NCBI RefSeq assembly: GCF_030144855.1
Contig: NC_082718.1
Location: 48,484,001-48,548,000 of the forward strand
Length of the DNA: 64,000 nt
Source of the DNA: Hypanus sabinus
Lineage: Eukaryota
Reading direction: 5' to 3'
Part shown: piece by piece, positions 50,740 to 62,282 of the stretch
Layout: each line of letters opens with the position of its first letter
How positions within the stretch are numbered: position 1 is the stretch's first letter
The notes under the pieces: generated by a model
What the model saw: only the letters and a program-made list of their open reading frames with translations
The model's database searches: none
What the model was told of the DNA's origin: nothing
Program-made: the position numbers and the translations under genes

Positions 50740-51145
50740 GTTGATTTACTTGGACTGGTGGTGGCTGAGTGGAGATCTAATAGAGATTGAAAGGATTATG
50801 AGAGCATAGATAGAAAAACAATATCTTTTCCCCAGGGTTGAAATGTTTAATAACAGAGGGCATGCATTTAAGGTGAGGGGCAGTAAGCTCAAAGGAGATG
50901 TGAGGGGCAAGTTTTTTACACAAAGAGTGGTAGGTGACTGGCATACGCTGCCTGGGGTGATGACACATTGGGGAATTTTAAGAGATTTGTAGATAGGCAT
51001 GTGAATGAGAAGGTATTGGAAGGAAATTGACATCCTGCAGCCAGAAGTGATTAGTTTAGTTGTTCATTTGATTACTAATTCAATTGGTTCAGCACAAGAT
51101 TGTGGGCTGATAGGTCTGTTCTTGTACTATACTGTGCTGTTCTCT
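50740..51145 (+). mobile_element. CR1 3' fragment
   Basis: GGAGATCTAATAGAG...AGAGGGCATGCATTTAAGGTG...TTTTTTACACAAAGAGTGGT. Confidence 0.8.
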
Positions 51146-51277
51146 GTTTCGACCAGTATGGGGTTTCACTGTAAGTTGACTTTAGCTTGTTTGATCTATT
51201 TTTCACCTCTAAGCAGGTAACAGATCCACTGAGTGTAAGTGGCCATAATAATTAAAGATGCTTTTTGGGTCCAAAAC

Positions 51278-51345
51278 AACACACACAAAATGCTGTAGAA
51301 ATGAGTTGACACTTGACATTTCGAGCCAAGCCCCTTCTTCAGACA
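51278..51345 (-). mobile_element. Internally deleted Penelope-like tail with hammerhead core
   Basis: Minus strand CTGAAGA-AGGGGCTTGGCTC-GAAAT-GTC at 51311-51344; helix I disrupted. Confidence 0.6.
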
Positions 51346-52211
51346 ATGAGTCCAAATCCCATTGGTTTCCCATTGCTCATAACAAAATCTCTAAGATTCC
51401 TCTTGTTTGGCTTTTTAGTCTAACTTTATGAATTGCAGGGTGGTTGCAAAGAGAATTACTGTTTTCTGAGACACTGCATAATAAAAATACAGGAGTAAAC
51501 AGGCAATCTTTATGGAAAAAAGGCTAATTCGCTTGGTTACAACTGATACAATTACACAATACAGAAAAAAGTGACTTCATTTTCCTCATATCACATGGTT
51601 GTTGGGAAGCTGTAAAGTAAATAAAAAACAACTGGAACAATCAGATGAAATAATATATTCTGGTTTTATAACCACTTTCCCTGTCCAAACAGAACTGTTT
51701 AACCACAAGCAGGTTGCCCTTTGGTATCTCAATCATACAAAAATATTATGCATCTGTTGCCATTGCCAGCAAATTATTCATATTCAGTGAAACATAACTA
51801 AGGGAACAAGTCAATTCTAAAGACCAACCATTAATAAACCACAGTAGTGTCTCTGATTATTTTCCCTACTAGGATCATCTCCCCATCATTTACAGTATAG
51901 GAAAATACACTTTCTGTTTTAGAGAACTTGAAGTTTATTGAGCCAGTGCTGACTCTTGGAAAGTCTTGTCCAAGCACTCACAGTCACAATCATTCACACA
52001 TGTTTCACTGTTCTTCTTCATGCTTTGACAGGGGGAGGGAGTGCTAATTTAGGACTTACAGCTTGATCATAGAAATTATACTGTGGATTTATACTGAGAT
52101 TGTTTTTCTCATGCACTATGTGAATGGTTTGCATTTGACATATTTGAAACTAGCAGACAATGCAAAATATGGCAATGTAATGTCTAGTGTGAAAGATAGC
52201 CAACAAATTTA

Positions 52212-52745
52212 ATCACAAGTAATTCTGCAGATGATGGAAATGCAGAGCAACACACATAAAATGCTGGAGGAACTTAGCAAGTCAGGCAGCATCTATGGAG
52301 AGGAATAAACAGCAGGCATTTTCGGCCGAGGCCTTCAGCAAGATTGGAAAGGAAAGGAGATGAAGCCAGAAAAAAAAAATGGAGTGAGAAGCCGGGAGTA
52401 GGTAGGTGGAAAAGATAAAGCCTGTAGAAAGAATCCAGTAGAGGAGCTGAGTGGACCAGGACAAAAATGGAAGGAGGAGTGAACTAGCAGGAGGTGATAG
52501 GCTGGTGAGAAGAGAAGGGGTAAGAGGGAAGCCAGGAAAGGGAATGAAAGAAAGAGGGAGGGGTGAAGTTAGAGAATTCAATGTTCATGACATTAGGTTG
52601 GAGGCCACCTGAGGGTGGTTTCATTGTGGCAGTAGAGGAGGCCATGAACTGACATATCAGAATGGGCATGGGAAATGGAATTAAATGGGTGGCCACCTGA
52701 AATCCCACCTTTTGTGGTGGACAGAGCAGAGGTGCTCCATCAGCC
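52212..52745 (-). mobile_element. Penelope-like element 3' part
   Basis: FQVATH...LQPNVMNIEFSNF GIY-YIG end; hammerhead remnant 52310-52346; standard tail. Confidence 0.82.
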
Positions 52746-53744
52746 CCAACTTTAGGAGCCTACAAATTTAGGATTGCAAAGGGAGGTTATTGAAATGGGC
52801 AGACGCACCTCAGAGTTTGGCAATGCAAAGTATGAAGTGATGCACATCAGCCTGGAGGGGTCATGTAAAATAAATGAATTGTTTCAGATAGGCTATTAGA
52901 GCAATGGAACATGGATGTGGATGATAAGTTACGCTTAAATTTTAGAAATCTAGATACAGCCAATGGGGAGAAATTATTAAGTATAGCAGGTAGCAAACAT
53001 CACTGATCTACATACAAAATTATCTGAAGAGCGATGAAGGAAAAGAGATAACATTTCTCCACCCAGTCAGCTCTCATGATTAGGAGCACATGTCCTGAAA
53101 GAGTGGTGAAAGCACATCCCACAGGAATTTTCAAAGGACAACTGAACTCAGGACTCAGAGTCCTAGAGGGATACCACATGGAAACTGGCCCTTTGCCAAA
53201 GCGTCAGTACCAATAATCAAACACTGATCCAAAGTTCAAACTTGAAGGGAAGGTAAAGGTTTACAGGGAAAATTCAGAGACTCAGCTTTGATTTGGTACC
53301 ACTTCCAACGATCCAGCAGAAACACTGCAGGTCAAATCAATAGTTAGAGCGCTGCTGAAGCCAATATTTCTGTGATACACGTTTGTCCTTTACAAAAACA
53401 GATGAGTTAAAGATAAAAAAAAGGGTGAGGCTTTAGAGTTGTCATCTCACAAGTTCGATGACCTGAATCCAGTCCTCACTTCCCATGATCTGTGTTTGGG
53501 ACTGGCACGCTGTCCCTGACACCTTATCAGCTTCCTGTGAGAGCACCATATCCTCCCACATCCCAGGTAACATGGCCAATGTAAATTATACCTCAGTGCA
53601 GGTGAGTGTCAGGCAAGTTCAGAACAGATCACAGGGAAAGACCTACGGGAATGGGACAGACAGAATTAATCTAGTAATTAGTGGAGACTCAGTGGGCTGA
53701 ATGGTATTGAGTATCATGGGGAAAAGAGAAGCAGCTTCTCAATC

Positions 53745-54555
53745 TGGAAAGGTGTGTAGTTATTCACTTTGAAAAGCTGGACTTGAAGGCAGAGTACCCA
53801 GGATTCCTACAGTGTGGAGGAATGGAGGGATCTTGGGGACAACACCTATAGATCCCTTAAAGCTGTTATACAGGTTAATAGGATCGACAGGATGGTATAT
53901 TCAGGTTATACAGGTTGATAAGTTGACAGGCTGATGGGGTGGGGAAGAGTGCCTGGTGTGTTAGCCTTCATTAGTCAGGGAAATTAATTTAAGAACAGCA
54001 AGGTAATGTTGCAGATCTATAAAACTCTGGTTAGACCATATGGCATAGTGTGTTCAGTTCTGGTCACCTCATTATAGGAAGGATGCGGAAGCTTTAGAGG
54101 GGGTGCAGAAGAAATTTACCTGGATGCTGCCTGGATTGGAGAACATGTCTTATAAGGAAAGACTGAATGAGCTGGGGATCTTCTCTTTGGAGTGAAAGAC
54201 GATGAGAGGCAACATGATAAAGATGAACAAGATGATACAAGGCATTGATAGAGTGGATAGCCAGAGACATTTTCCCAGGGTGGAAGTGGCTAATATTGGA
54301 GGGAAGTATAGACAGGATGTCAGATGTAGTTTTTTTTACGTGGAGTCCTGGGTGCATAGAATGCCCTGTCAGGTGTAGTGATTGAGGCAGATACATTAGG
54401 GACATTTAAGAGACTGAGACAGGCACATGGGAAAAATGGAGGGCTCTAAGGGAGGGAGCAATTAGATTGAACTTGGAGCAGGTTAAGTTTAGATTGAACT
54501 TGAAACAACATTGCAAGCTGAAGAGCCTGTATTTTGTTTTACTGTTCTCCGTTCT
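53745..54555 (+). mobile_element. CR1 3' fragment with small internal tandem duplications
   Basis: YKTLVRP..CVQFWSP region; duplicated blocks near 53868-53930 and 54462-54502. Confidence 0.82.
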
Positions 54556-54597
54556 AAATTGACCCTTTTTAATGAGTTTCTTGTCGTGACTAGCAGA

Positions 54598-54820
54598 AGC
54601 AGAACCAGAATCAGGTTTAACACATAGAGAAATTTGTTGTTTTGTGGCAGCAGTACACTGTGATACATAATAACATGAATTACAAATAAAAAATATATTT
54701 AAAAATTAGATAGGTTGTGCAAAAAGATTAGTAAAAATAGTGAGGTAGTGTTCCTAGGTTGATTCATTGTCCATTCAGAAATCTGATGGTGGAGGGAAAG
54801 AACCTGTTCTTAAAACTTTA
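54598..54820 (-). mobile_element. Rex/Babar-like 3' tail
   Basis: CAGAACCAGAATCAGGTTTA...GAGGTAGTGTTC...GATGGTGGAGGGAAAGAACCTGTT, as at 46109-46400. Confidence 0.7.
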
Positions 54821-54821
54821 A

Positions 54822-55320
54822 GTAACACATACAAAATGCTGGAGCAACTCAGCAGGTCAAGCAGCGTCTATGAAAATGAATAAACAGTCAAGAACTTGGG
54901 CTGTCACTCTTCATCGGGACTGGAAAAGAAGGGGGAAAAGTCAGAAGGAAAGGGTGGTGGGGGAAGGGGAAGCAGTACAAGCTAAAAGGTTACAGGTGAA
55001 GCCAGACTGGTCCACGTGTTCTCTACTGCCACGATGAGGCCACTCTCAGCTTGGAGGATCAACACCTCATATTTTGTCTGGGTAGCCTTTGGTTTGATGA
55101 CATGGACATCAATTTCTCTAACTTCCGGTCATTTCTCACCACACCCCCTTCCCTCTTCTTCCATTCTGCATGCCGGCTCTCCTCTTACCTCTTCTCTTCT
55201 CTTCACCTGCCCCCGGTGATCCATCTCCTTCTCTTTCCCCCATGACTCATTCTCCGCTCCTATCAGATTCCTTCTCCTTCAGCCCTTTGCCTTTTCCACT
55301 TATCGCCTCCCAACTTCATC
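54822..55320 (+). mobile_element. Penelope-like element with inverted 5' arm
   Basis: Minus arm 54822-55005 with hammerhead remnant 54885-54922; plus arm LEDQHLIFCLGSLWFDDMDINFSNFR. Confidence 0.82.
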
Positions 55321-55801
55321 AACCATTCAATTTGTTTCTTTCACAACTAATTTTCCTCTTTCGTATATCTGATTATTCTTATGACTTGATATTCTTAGTC
55401 GAGAGGTGGCTGTGCCCAAGGATATACTTGGTGTAGAGCTGAATAATGTTTAATGTTTCACCTGAAACAAGTCAACTCAAATATTGCAGCCCCTCAGTTC
55501 TTCATTATGTGCTGACATTCCAAGGTGAGTGCTTTTTTAACCAATGGCCTTTTAAGCTCCAAGATGCTAATTGCTAAAATCAATTACAATTTAAATATTT
55601 CTGTCCCAGTAAATGAGACAGCAGTTGATGGCGTTTTTTTGAAGAGCAAAATATTGGTCAGAAAACTGAATAAAATTCTGGGTGCTGCTTTAAAATAAGT
55701 GCCAAGGGGCTTTTACATGTACCTATAACAGAAGAGATCAAGACTTTACCCCTTATCCAAAATTTCAAGTTTCTATGCAGATGGGTAGATTGTCTACACA
55801 T

Positions 55802-55820
55802 GCACACCCCCTAGTGGCAA
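55802..55820 (-). promoter_or_regulatory. Candidate CTCF site
   Basis: TTGCCACTAGGGGGTGTGC closely matches the CCACYAGRGGGCRC core in non-repeat intron sequence. Confidence 0.45.
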
Positions 55821-57039
55821 CATTCACTTCAAAATACATCCTTCTGCATACTCAACAGTGACAATTACAAACTCCAGTGAACTGAAAACCTTTCTGTCAT
55901 AAAATTCTAATATAATGCACAGAATCATGAATTACACGAGATGGGGGTTGTAATTAAAAGGCAACTTGAGCTAAACATAACTCTGTGATTTCTCAAGTAA
56001 TGGTGAAGAGTCTAGTGACAAAAAAAGTGATTAGTCTGCAAATCAATACTTCTGATGTTGGCCACATCTTGTATTATTCATTACATGTGCATTCAGCAAC
56101 CTCCTGTATGTTATAACTGCAACATAAAGGCTTGGGTTGATTGTGAAACACAATGAGAATTCTACCTCCAGGGTGTCTCACTCCAGTCTAAACCTGAGTC
56201 CAGCCTCAGTCTTGAGTTAAACTAAATTTACAAACTGTTTGGCTTGATATACACATGGCAGGATTTCCCAAGATACCTCCTGGCAGCTGGTGCTACTGTT
56301 AGAAACACAGCTTTGTAAAACATTACTCCTTGGCTGAGAAGCAGAAAGTGGATTTAACACCATAAATTCCAAGAGCCAGTTCACTGGTGCTAGACCTCCC
56401 CAGGCTTGGCATACTCCACCAAAATAACAGTAGCTGTTTTCTGATTGAAATGCTTCCCTTCTTCGGTTCAAACCCGCTCAGACTGGTCTGGGTCCCATGG
56501 TGGTACTTAAAGGATTATTTGTCACATGAACACCAAGACATACAAGGAAATAGGTCACTTTGCACCAGGGACCAAGACATCCACAGAGAAACAGCTGATT
56601 TGGTATCTGGCCTTGTAAACACCCAGTAAATGGGCTGCTTTGAACTGAGGAAGTGAGTCTCAGAACGATACCTGCTGCACCCCAAGGAAATCAGTACAAA
56701 GAAGATCATTGATCTGAGTATCTCCACAACCAAGCATAGTTCCTCTACTACGAAGGCATACAATGGCTCCTAGCCCAACAGCTTCCACTTCTTTCCTACC
56801 CATTGTTGCCCTTAATCTCCCAATCTCATTTTTATCACCACTTAAAATTCCCAAGCTGGTGGCAGAAAATACATATTGTATTTCTCTCAACTCTGTTCAA
56901 GCTATGAAACTGAAACTATCTGTGCTGATACCTCTGTTCATGGCTGGCCTTGAACTCTATTCACAGATTAATGTGCTTACATTCAGAATCTTCTTTATTT
57001 GGGATAAGACTTCTCTGCTAAACTATAGGGTATTGTGTT

Positions 57040-57347
57040 ATAAGACCATAAAATATCAGAGCAGAACTAAGCCATTTGGCCCATCAAGTCTGCTCTGCCA
57101 TTCAGTCATGGGCTGCTCCAAATCTTCTGGCCATCCCGACTCCCCTCCCTTCTCCCCATACCCTTTGATGCCCTGGCTAACCAAGAACCTATCTACTTCT
57201 CCCTTAAATGCACCCAAGGACTCGGCCTCCACAGCCGCTCATGGCAACAAATTCCACAGATTTATCACCCTCTGACTAAAGTCATTTCTCCACATCTCTC
57301 TTCTCAAGGGACATCCTTCAATCCTGAAGTTGTGCCCTCATGTCCTA
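57040..57347 (-). mobile_element. CR1 3' fragment
   Basis: Similar to 13831-14150. Confidence 0.82.
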
Positions 57348-58032
57348 TGTGTGAACAATAAATTATTTTATTTCCCAGTAGGCAATGCATATGGTTCACC
57401 CGGAACCGGAAGCTTCGACAGAGACCTGGCCGCATGCGCTCAGTGTTGAGGACAACTCAGTAATAAAATTCTCTAGTGCTTACCCATGGCAAGTTTATCT
57501 TTATTAAGACCAAACATAGCAGGTATGACTTAACTGTTGTGACTCTCAGTTTTGCATCACTCAATTCAAGCTTCAAGATGATAAGTTTTAGCATATATCC
57601 TGCCTTAGATGATGTCACCAATTTAGTTCTGACTGGAGTTCTGCTTGACCCAATAGCTGCTCCATCACACACATCATCCCCTCATGACCCTGACTCCAAC
57701 TATGCCTCTGTTCAAACTGACTTCCCTACTTCTGTCATCTTTACATTTCCAAAACTCTTTTGAACTGTTTCCCATCATCATTCTTCTGTAAATCTGACCT
57801 TGTCCAAAACTCCATTTTCCATGTCCTGGTCTAAGTCTTTTTTACTCACTACTCCAATATAGGTTCTCCTTTCTCCTTACATCACAAGAAACTGCAATAC
57901 ATACAGCTGGCCAGAAGATGTCACTGCACATGAACCCTCACAACATGGCTTTCAGTGTCTTTGAAGAAACCTTCTTTTTCAAAATTCTGGGATCGAGAGC
58001 AAAGTGTTCTCTAATAGGCATCTGGCTAGTAT

Positions 58033-58310
58033 TATACACAAAATGCTGGAGGAACTCAGCATTTCACCAATCAACATCCCAGCTCTTTACTTCACCCCTC
58101 CCCCTTCTGATTTCACCTATCACCTTGGGATTCTTCCTCCCCACCCCCCACCTTTTAACTCTGCTCATCCTTTTTGTCTCCAGTCCTGCTGAAGGGTCTT
58201 GTCCAGAAACATTGACGGTTTACTCTTTTCCCGGCCTGCTGAGCTCCCCTAGCATTTTGCATGTGTTGCTTGGATTTCCAACACCTGCAGATTTTCTCTT
58301 GTTTGTGATT
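58033..58310 (+). mobile_element. Penelope-like fragment with short inverted arm and hammerhead motif (58181-58218)
   Basis: CAGTC-CTGCTGA-AGGGTCTTGTCCA-GAAAC-ATT-GACGG. Confidence 0.78.
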
Positions 58311-58694
58311 GGCTACTACTATCTTTATTTTTGTCCATTTTCTTTCTGCCCGGCTAGTAATTTACCACACACATCAGATTGCTGCGGTGTGGAAGAAGAT
58401 ATTGCCAGGTTATTGCATGTTCCTTCTAACTGCGATGCCTCAAAGATCAGTTAGATCTTTCACTGAAAAAAAGGGCATTACTATCTCACAGCTTTCTGTG
58501 TCACCCACTCCACCTGTAATGAGAGTAAGCACAGCCATCCCTTGTTTCACTCCATAGATGCGGACCTTTCATTTCTCAGATTCACAGGGACCCTCAGCAG
58601 TTGGAAGGGACCTACTAAACAGGATCAGAGCATGCATTTAATTCCAAAGCTTTGGTGGAGTCACATCTTCCTTTCATTTGTTGCCCCTTTGTCC

Positions 58695-59210
58695 CTATAC
58701 CTTGGAGTACTGTGTTCATTTCTGGTCACCTCACTACAGGAAGGATGTGGATACTATAGAGTGCAGGGGAGATTTACAAGGATGTTGCCTGGATTGGAGA
58801 GCATGCCTTATGAGAATAGGTTGAGTGAGTTTGGCCTTTTCTCCTTGGGTGAGAGGTGACCTGATAGAGGTGTATAAGATGATGAGGGGTATTGATCATG
58901 TGAATAGCCAGAGGTTTTTTCACAGGTCAGAAATGGCTAACATGAGGGGCATAGTTTTAAGGTGCTTGGAAATAGGTAATGAAGGGATTGTCAGGGGTAA
59001 GTTTTTCACACAGAGTGATGGGTGTGTGGAATGCACTGCAGGCAGCAGTGGTGGAGGTCGATACAATGGGATCTTTTAAGAGACTCTTAGATAGGTACAT
59101 GAAGCTTAGAAAAATAGAAGGCTATGTGGTAGGGAAATTTTAGAGTAGGTTACATGGCTGAGGGGCCTGTAAAGTGCTGTAGAGTTCTATGTTTTATGTT
59201 CTATGTTCTA
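58695..59210 (+). mobile_element. CR1 3' fragment with (GTTCTAT)n tail
   Basis: RVQGRFTRMLPGLE; RGDLIEVYKMMRG. Confidence 0.88.
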
Positions 59211-59559
59211 TAATTTCTTCCATTATTAGGGTTATGGCACCTGTCACAAATTCTCAAATTACCACTTTGAATAACACCAATTTTTGACAGTTGAGGCCAA
59301 TAACGCAACAGAAAGTGTTGTCACCTCACAGTAATCCGAGTTCCATCGGGGATAATTTTGTTAACTAGTGAAGAGTGAGCTTTGAAAATGGTGGTAAATT
59401 CCTACCTAATGACCTGCTGTTTACTTCATTTCCTTATAATTTCAAGTTTAAATTTATAAGCCATTCTGACCATGTTTCTCTCAAAAACTGAATATCCACA
59501 GATCTAACTGACACTTGTGATTTCAAAAGAGTTTTGTTAAAAAAAAACATTCCTTAAAA

Positions 59560-59635
59560 CAGGGGTTCCCAACCTGTGTCAAAGAACCCTTTGGTTAACG
59601 TTAGGGGTCCATGGCTTTAAAAAAAGCTGGGAACG
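59560..59635. mobile_element. Tiny hAT/Charlie-type MITE
   Basis: Left TIR CAGGGGTTCCCAAC, eroded right TIR GCTGGGAAC; CTTAAAA on both flanks. Confidence 0.65.
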
Positions 59636-60964
59636 CTTAAAAGGAAAATTAAAAATTCCTTAAAAGGAATTCAATCATGCTTCTTCAATGGGAGGGGAGT
59701 TTGATGAAAGATCAGAGATGAAATAGGCCACAAAGGCTCAGGAACAAAAGAAATCCAGGTAAATAATTAGAAGTTAATTCAGATTGTTGAGTTGATTTAT
59801 TTTAAAATGTTAGCATTCTTGTCAGAAATTTCATCCACCCCATACTGGGTGGAACTAGAACATAAATGCCCCTTTCTGCTCATGTACCGTATCGTTCTGA
59901 CAGATTTTGTGATCATTTTCTGGATTTGTATTTGGAGCAATCTTCACCTTGGCATGTTCACAGTGCTTCACAGCCAAAGCACTGTTTGAAATACAATCAC
60001 TGTTATAATGTTGAATTGCATTCATTAAGCTCACAGAAAGAGCAATAAATAATCATCAGCTAAGTGGTTTATTGATTCAGGCAGAGGGTTAAATAAAGTG
60101 TTAATGTCTCACTGGAAAGTTGGGATCTCTGGCCACATTACCCTCTCAATCTTGAATACGAAAAACTGGAGTTTCAGCCCAGTTTAAAACACTGTAGTGA
60201 GTTGGAGATGGAAATGTTGTTAATGAGCTATGGCTGACACCTCAATGAAGGAGCTAGTCCCAAAGGCACTACCAACATTATCCAGCAGTTTAATATTTGC
60301 TTCCCCAGAAGGATTTAGGAGATTGTCTACTAATTAAGCACTAATGTGATACCAGGTCTCCATGGAAAATCTAACATCGGGTTCTTGGACGTACTTGATA
60401 GAAGTTAGATTCTGAATTCCAATATCAATGGTGGCAATCAGTTTGAAACTGATTGGTAAAAAATATCGAGTGGCTACTTCACTGGCCAGAGACTTAAATC
60501 TTTTCTGCAGAACCTATTAAGGAGGCAATCTTTCTTACGCTCTTGAAGAGTTCTAGGCAAGGTGCACTGGCAGGATTCTATTTCAAAGCAATTCCTTATT
60601 GCTGACACAATACACTTCATACTTCAGAAGTGTGGCACTTATCATCTGCACCTGTGGCAGGATAAAGGATTATCAACAAACATCATAACACTTAACAGAC
60701 CCACGAATACGTCCTGGTTTTGATTTGAATAAGTCATGCATTTCCAATTACAGTAGAAATGTGCACCAAAGCAGGAGAGAAATCATTTTAACATGGTGTT
60801 ACTGACTGCTTTCTGTTAGATGATTCTATTGCCTATATAAGCACAAGCAGGTGAAGGTGGTTGGAAAGTGAGGAAGGCCCTGGGACAGGATTGACAAGTC
60901 TTTGGTTTATACACATACAGTTGAGGTGGAAATTTGTTCTATATGGTGCAAAAACTGGGTGGTG

Positions 60965-61095
60965 GGGTGGTACTACTAAAGGAGGTATAAGGTGCTCCTT
61001 CCCTCTGCGAGCCTGAAGGTCACAATTGGGCAAGGTGTAGCACCTGCTTAGCACCCCAGTGATCAGAGTCACATGAAGCTATGGGAGCGCGTGGT
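60965..61095 (-). mobile_element. GC-rich retroposon fragment sharing motif order with 26241-26335
   Basis: Minus strand CTCCC..GCTTCATGTG...CTAAGC...GAGGGAAGG..CACCTTA; family assignment is inference. Confidence 0.4.
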
Positions 61096-61494
61096 CAGAT
61101 TTTGTTGTCTCTCCACTTGGGGCATTGTCTCTCCTGTTGTGTCTTTCTTCTGGGTCTGAGGATCCCTGTCTTCAAAGGCAACATAGGGTGGGAATAAACC
61201 TAATTGTTATCTGCTGCTCCAATTCATGTGATTCAACTATTTAGAAAGATCGTGAGATAAATGAGTTGAAACTCCATGGGCTCTGAAGCGTCAGCATCGA
61301 CTTACTCCTATACTGTCTCAATAGTTCTAGTAAAAACAATTTTCAAAAAAATGTCTAGAAACATCTCTTTCCATCAGACTCAGATATCCAATCCCACTTT
61401 TAGGAAAAGTTAACAAGTTTTTTGTCTTCATATAATTTTCTTCTTTGATGAACTTGACTGCAGTTGTTAGCACAAATTCGTCTAACACAGTTCT

Positions 61495-61625
61495 TAGTCC
61501 TGATGGAAGGTCTTGGCCCAAAATATCAACTGGTCATTTCCCTCCACAGATGCTGTCTGACTTGCTGTGTTCCTCCACACTTTGCTTGTGTTGCTCAATA
61601 TTTCCAGCATCTGCAGAATCTGCTG
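61495..61625 (+). mobile_element. Penelope-like terminal fragment with degenerate hammerhead
   Basis: TAGTC-CTGATGG-AAGGTCTTGGCCC-AAAAT-ATC-AACTG followed by the tail. Confidence 0.75.
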
Positions 61626-62282
61626 TGTTTATATATTGCCCAGCTCTCCATTTTGGTGCCGTAGGGTACATTATTTTATGCAAAAGTGGACCAGTTCTTG
61701 CTATGACACCACACTATACAGTCTCCATATACTGTAGGAACCAATGATTCGAATATGGAAGCAAACATTTTGTTTTGGAGAAGTATGAAGTACAGTACTG
61801 GCAAGCAGTCCAAATTGCATCATCTTATTGATATCCCTCTTGGCCTACCAGCCAAATTAAATTTGCTTTTCTATTTAGTCGATTTATCCACACAGTTGAA
61901 TTAGTATTTCTAATGTAAAGGAAGTCATTTGGTGAGCAAAATCAAACAGCTGGGGGAACTCAGTGAGTTGATGTGGAGAAACAGAACTGTTAACATTGTG
62001 GGTTGATACCTTGTGCCAGTACTGAGAGATGGGTCCTTGGCAGTTCTATCCCTCCTGACACATGCCAACAGATACTACTCAATCCACTGAGATCCTCCAG
62101 CAGTTTATTTTTGCTCCAGATTCCAGCATTTGCTCTCTTTTGTGCGAGCCTCACATAGCATTGATGAATTGCAAATCTATTTACTGTTTTGGGGCATATG
62201 GGTTTCTATACAGTGGTATAAGGAAAACATAATTCTATAGAATCGGGAATGGACTATCCTATTGGGGCATGTTCTATGATTT

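Noticed and set aside
51982-52022. Possible 41-nt exon (also a 14-nt candidate at 60539-60552)
   Set aside because: Lengths break the frame and there is no anoctamin similarity
56763-58454. 170-aa and 178-aa ORFs
   Set aside because: They run through antisense CR1 and Penelope-like repeats; no recognisable protein
61306-61326. Possible 21-nt micro-exon (ag...gtaagt) on the minus strand
   Set aside because: In-frame TGA in the phase required by the downstream exon
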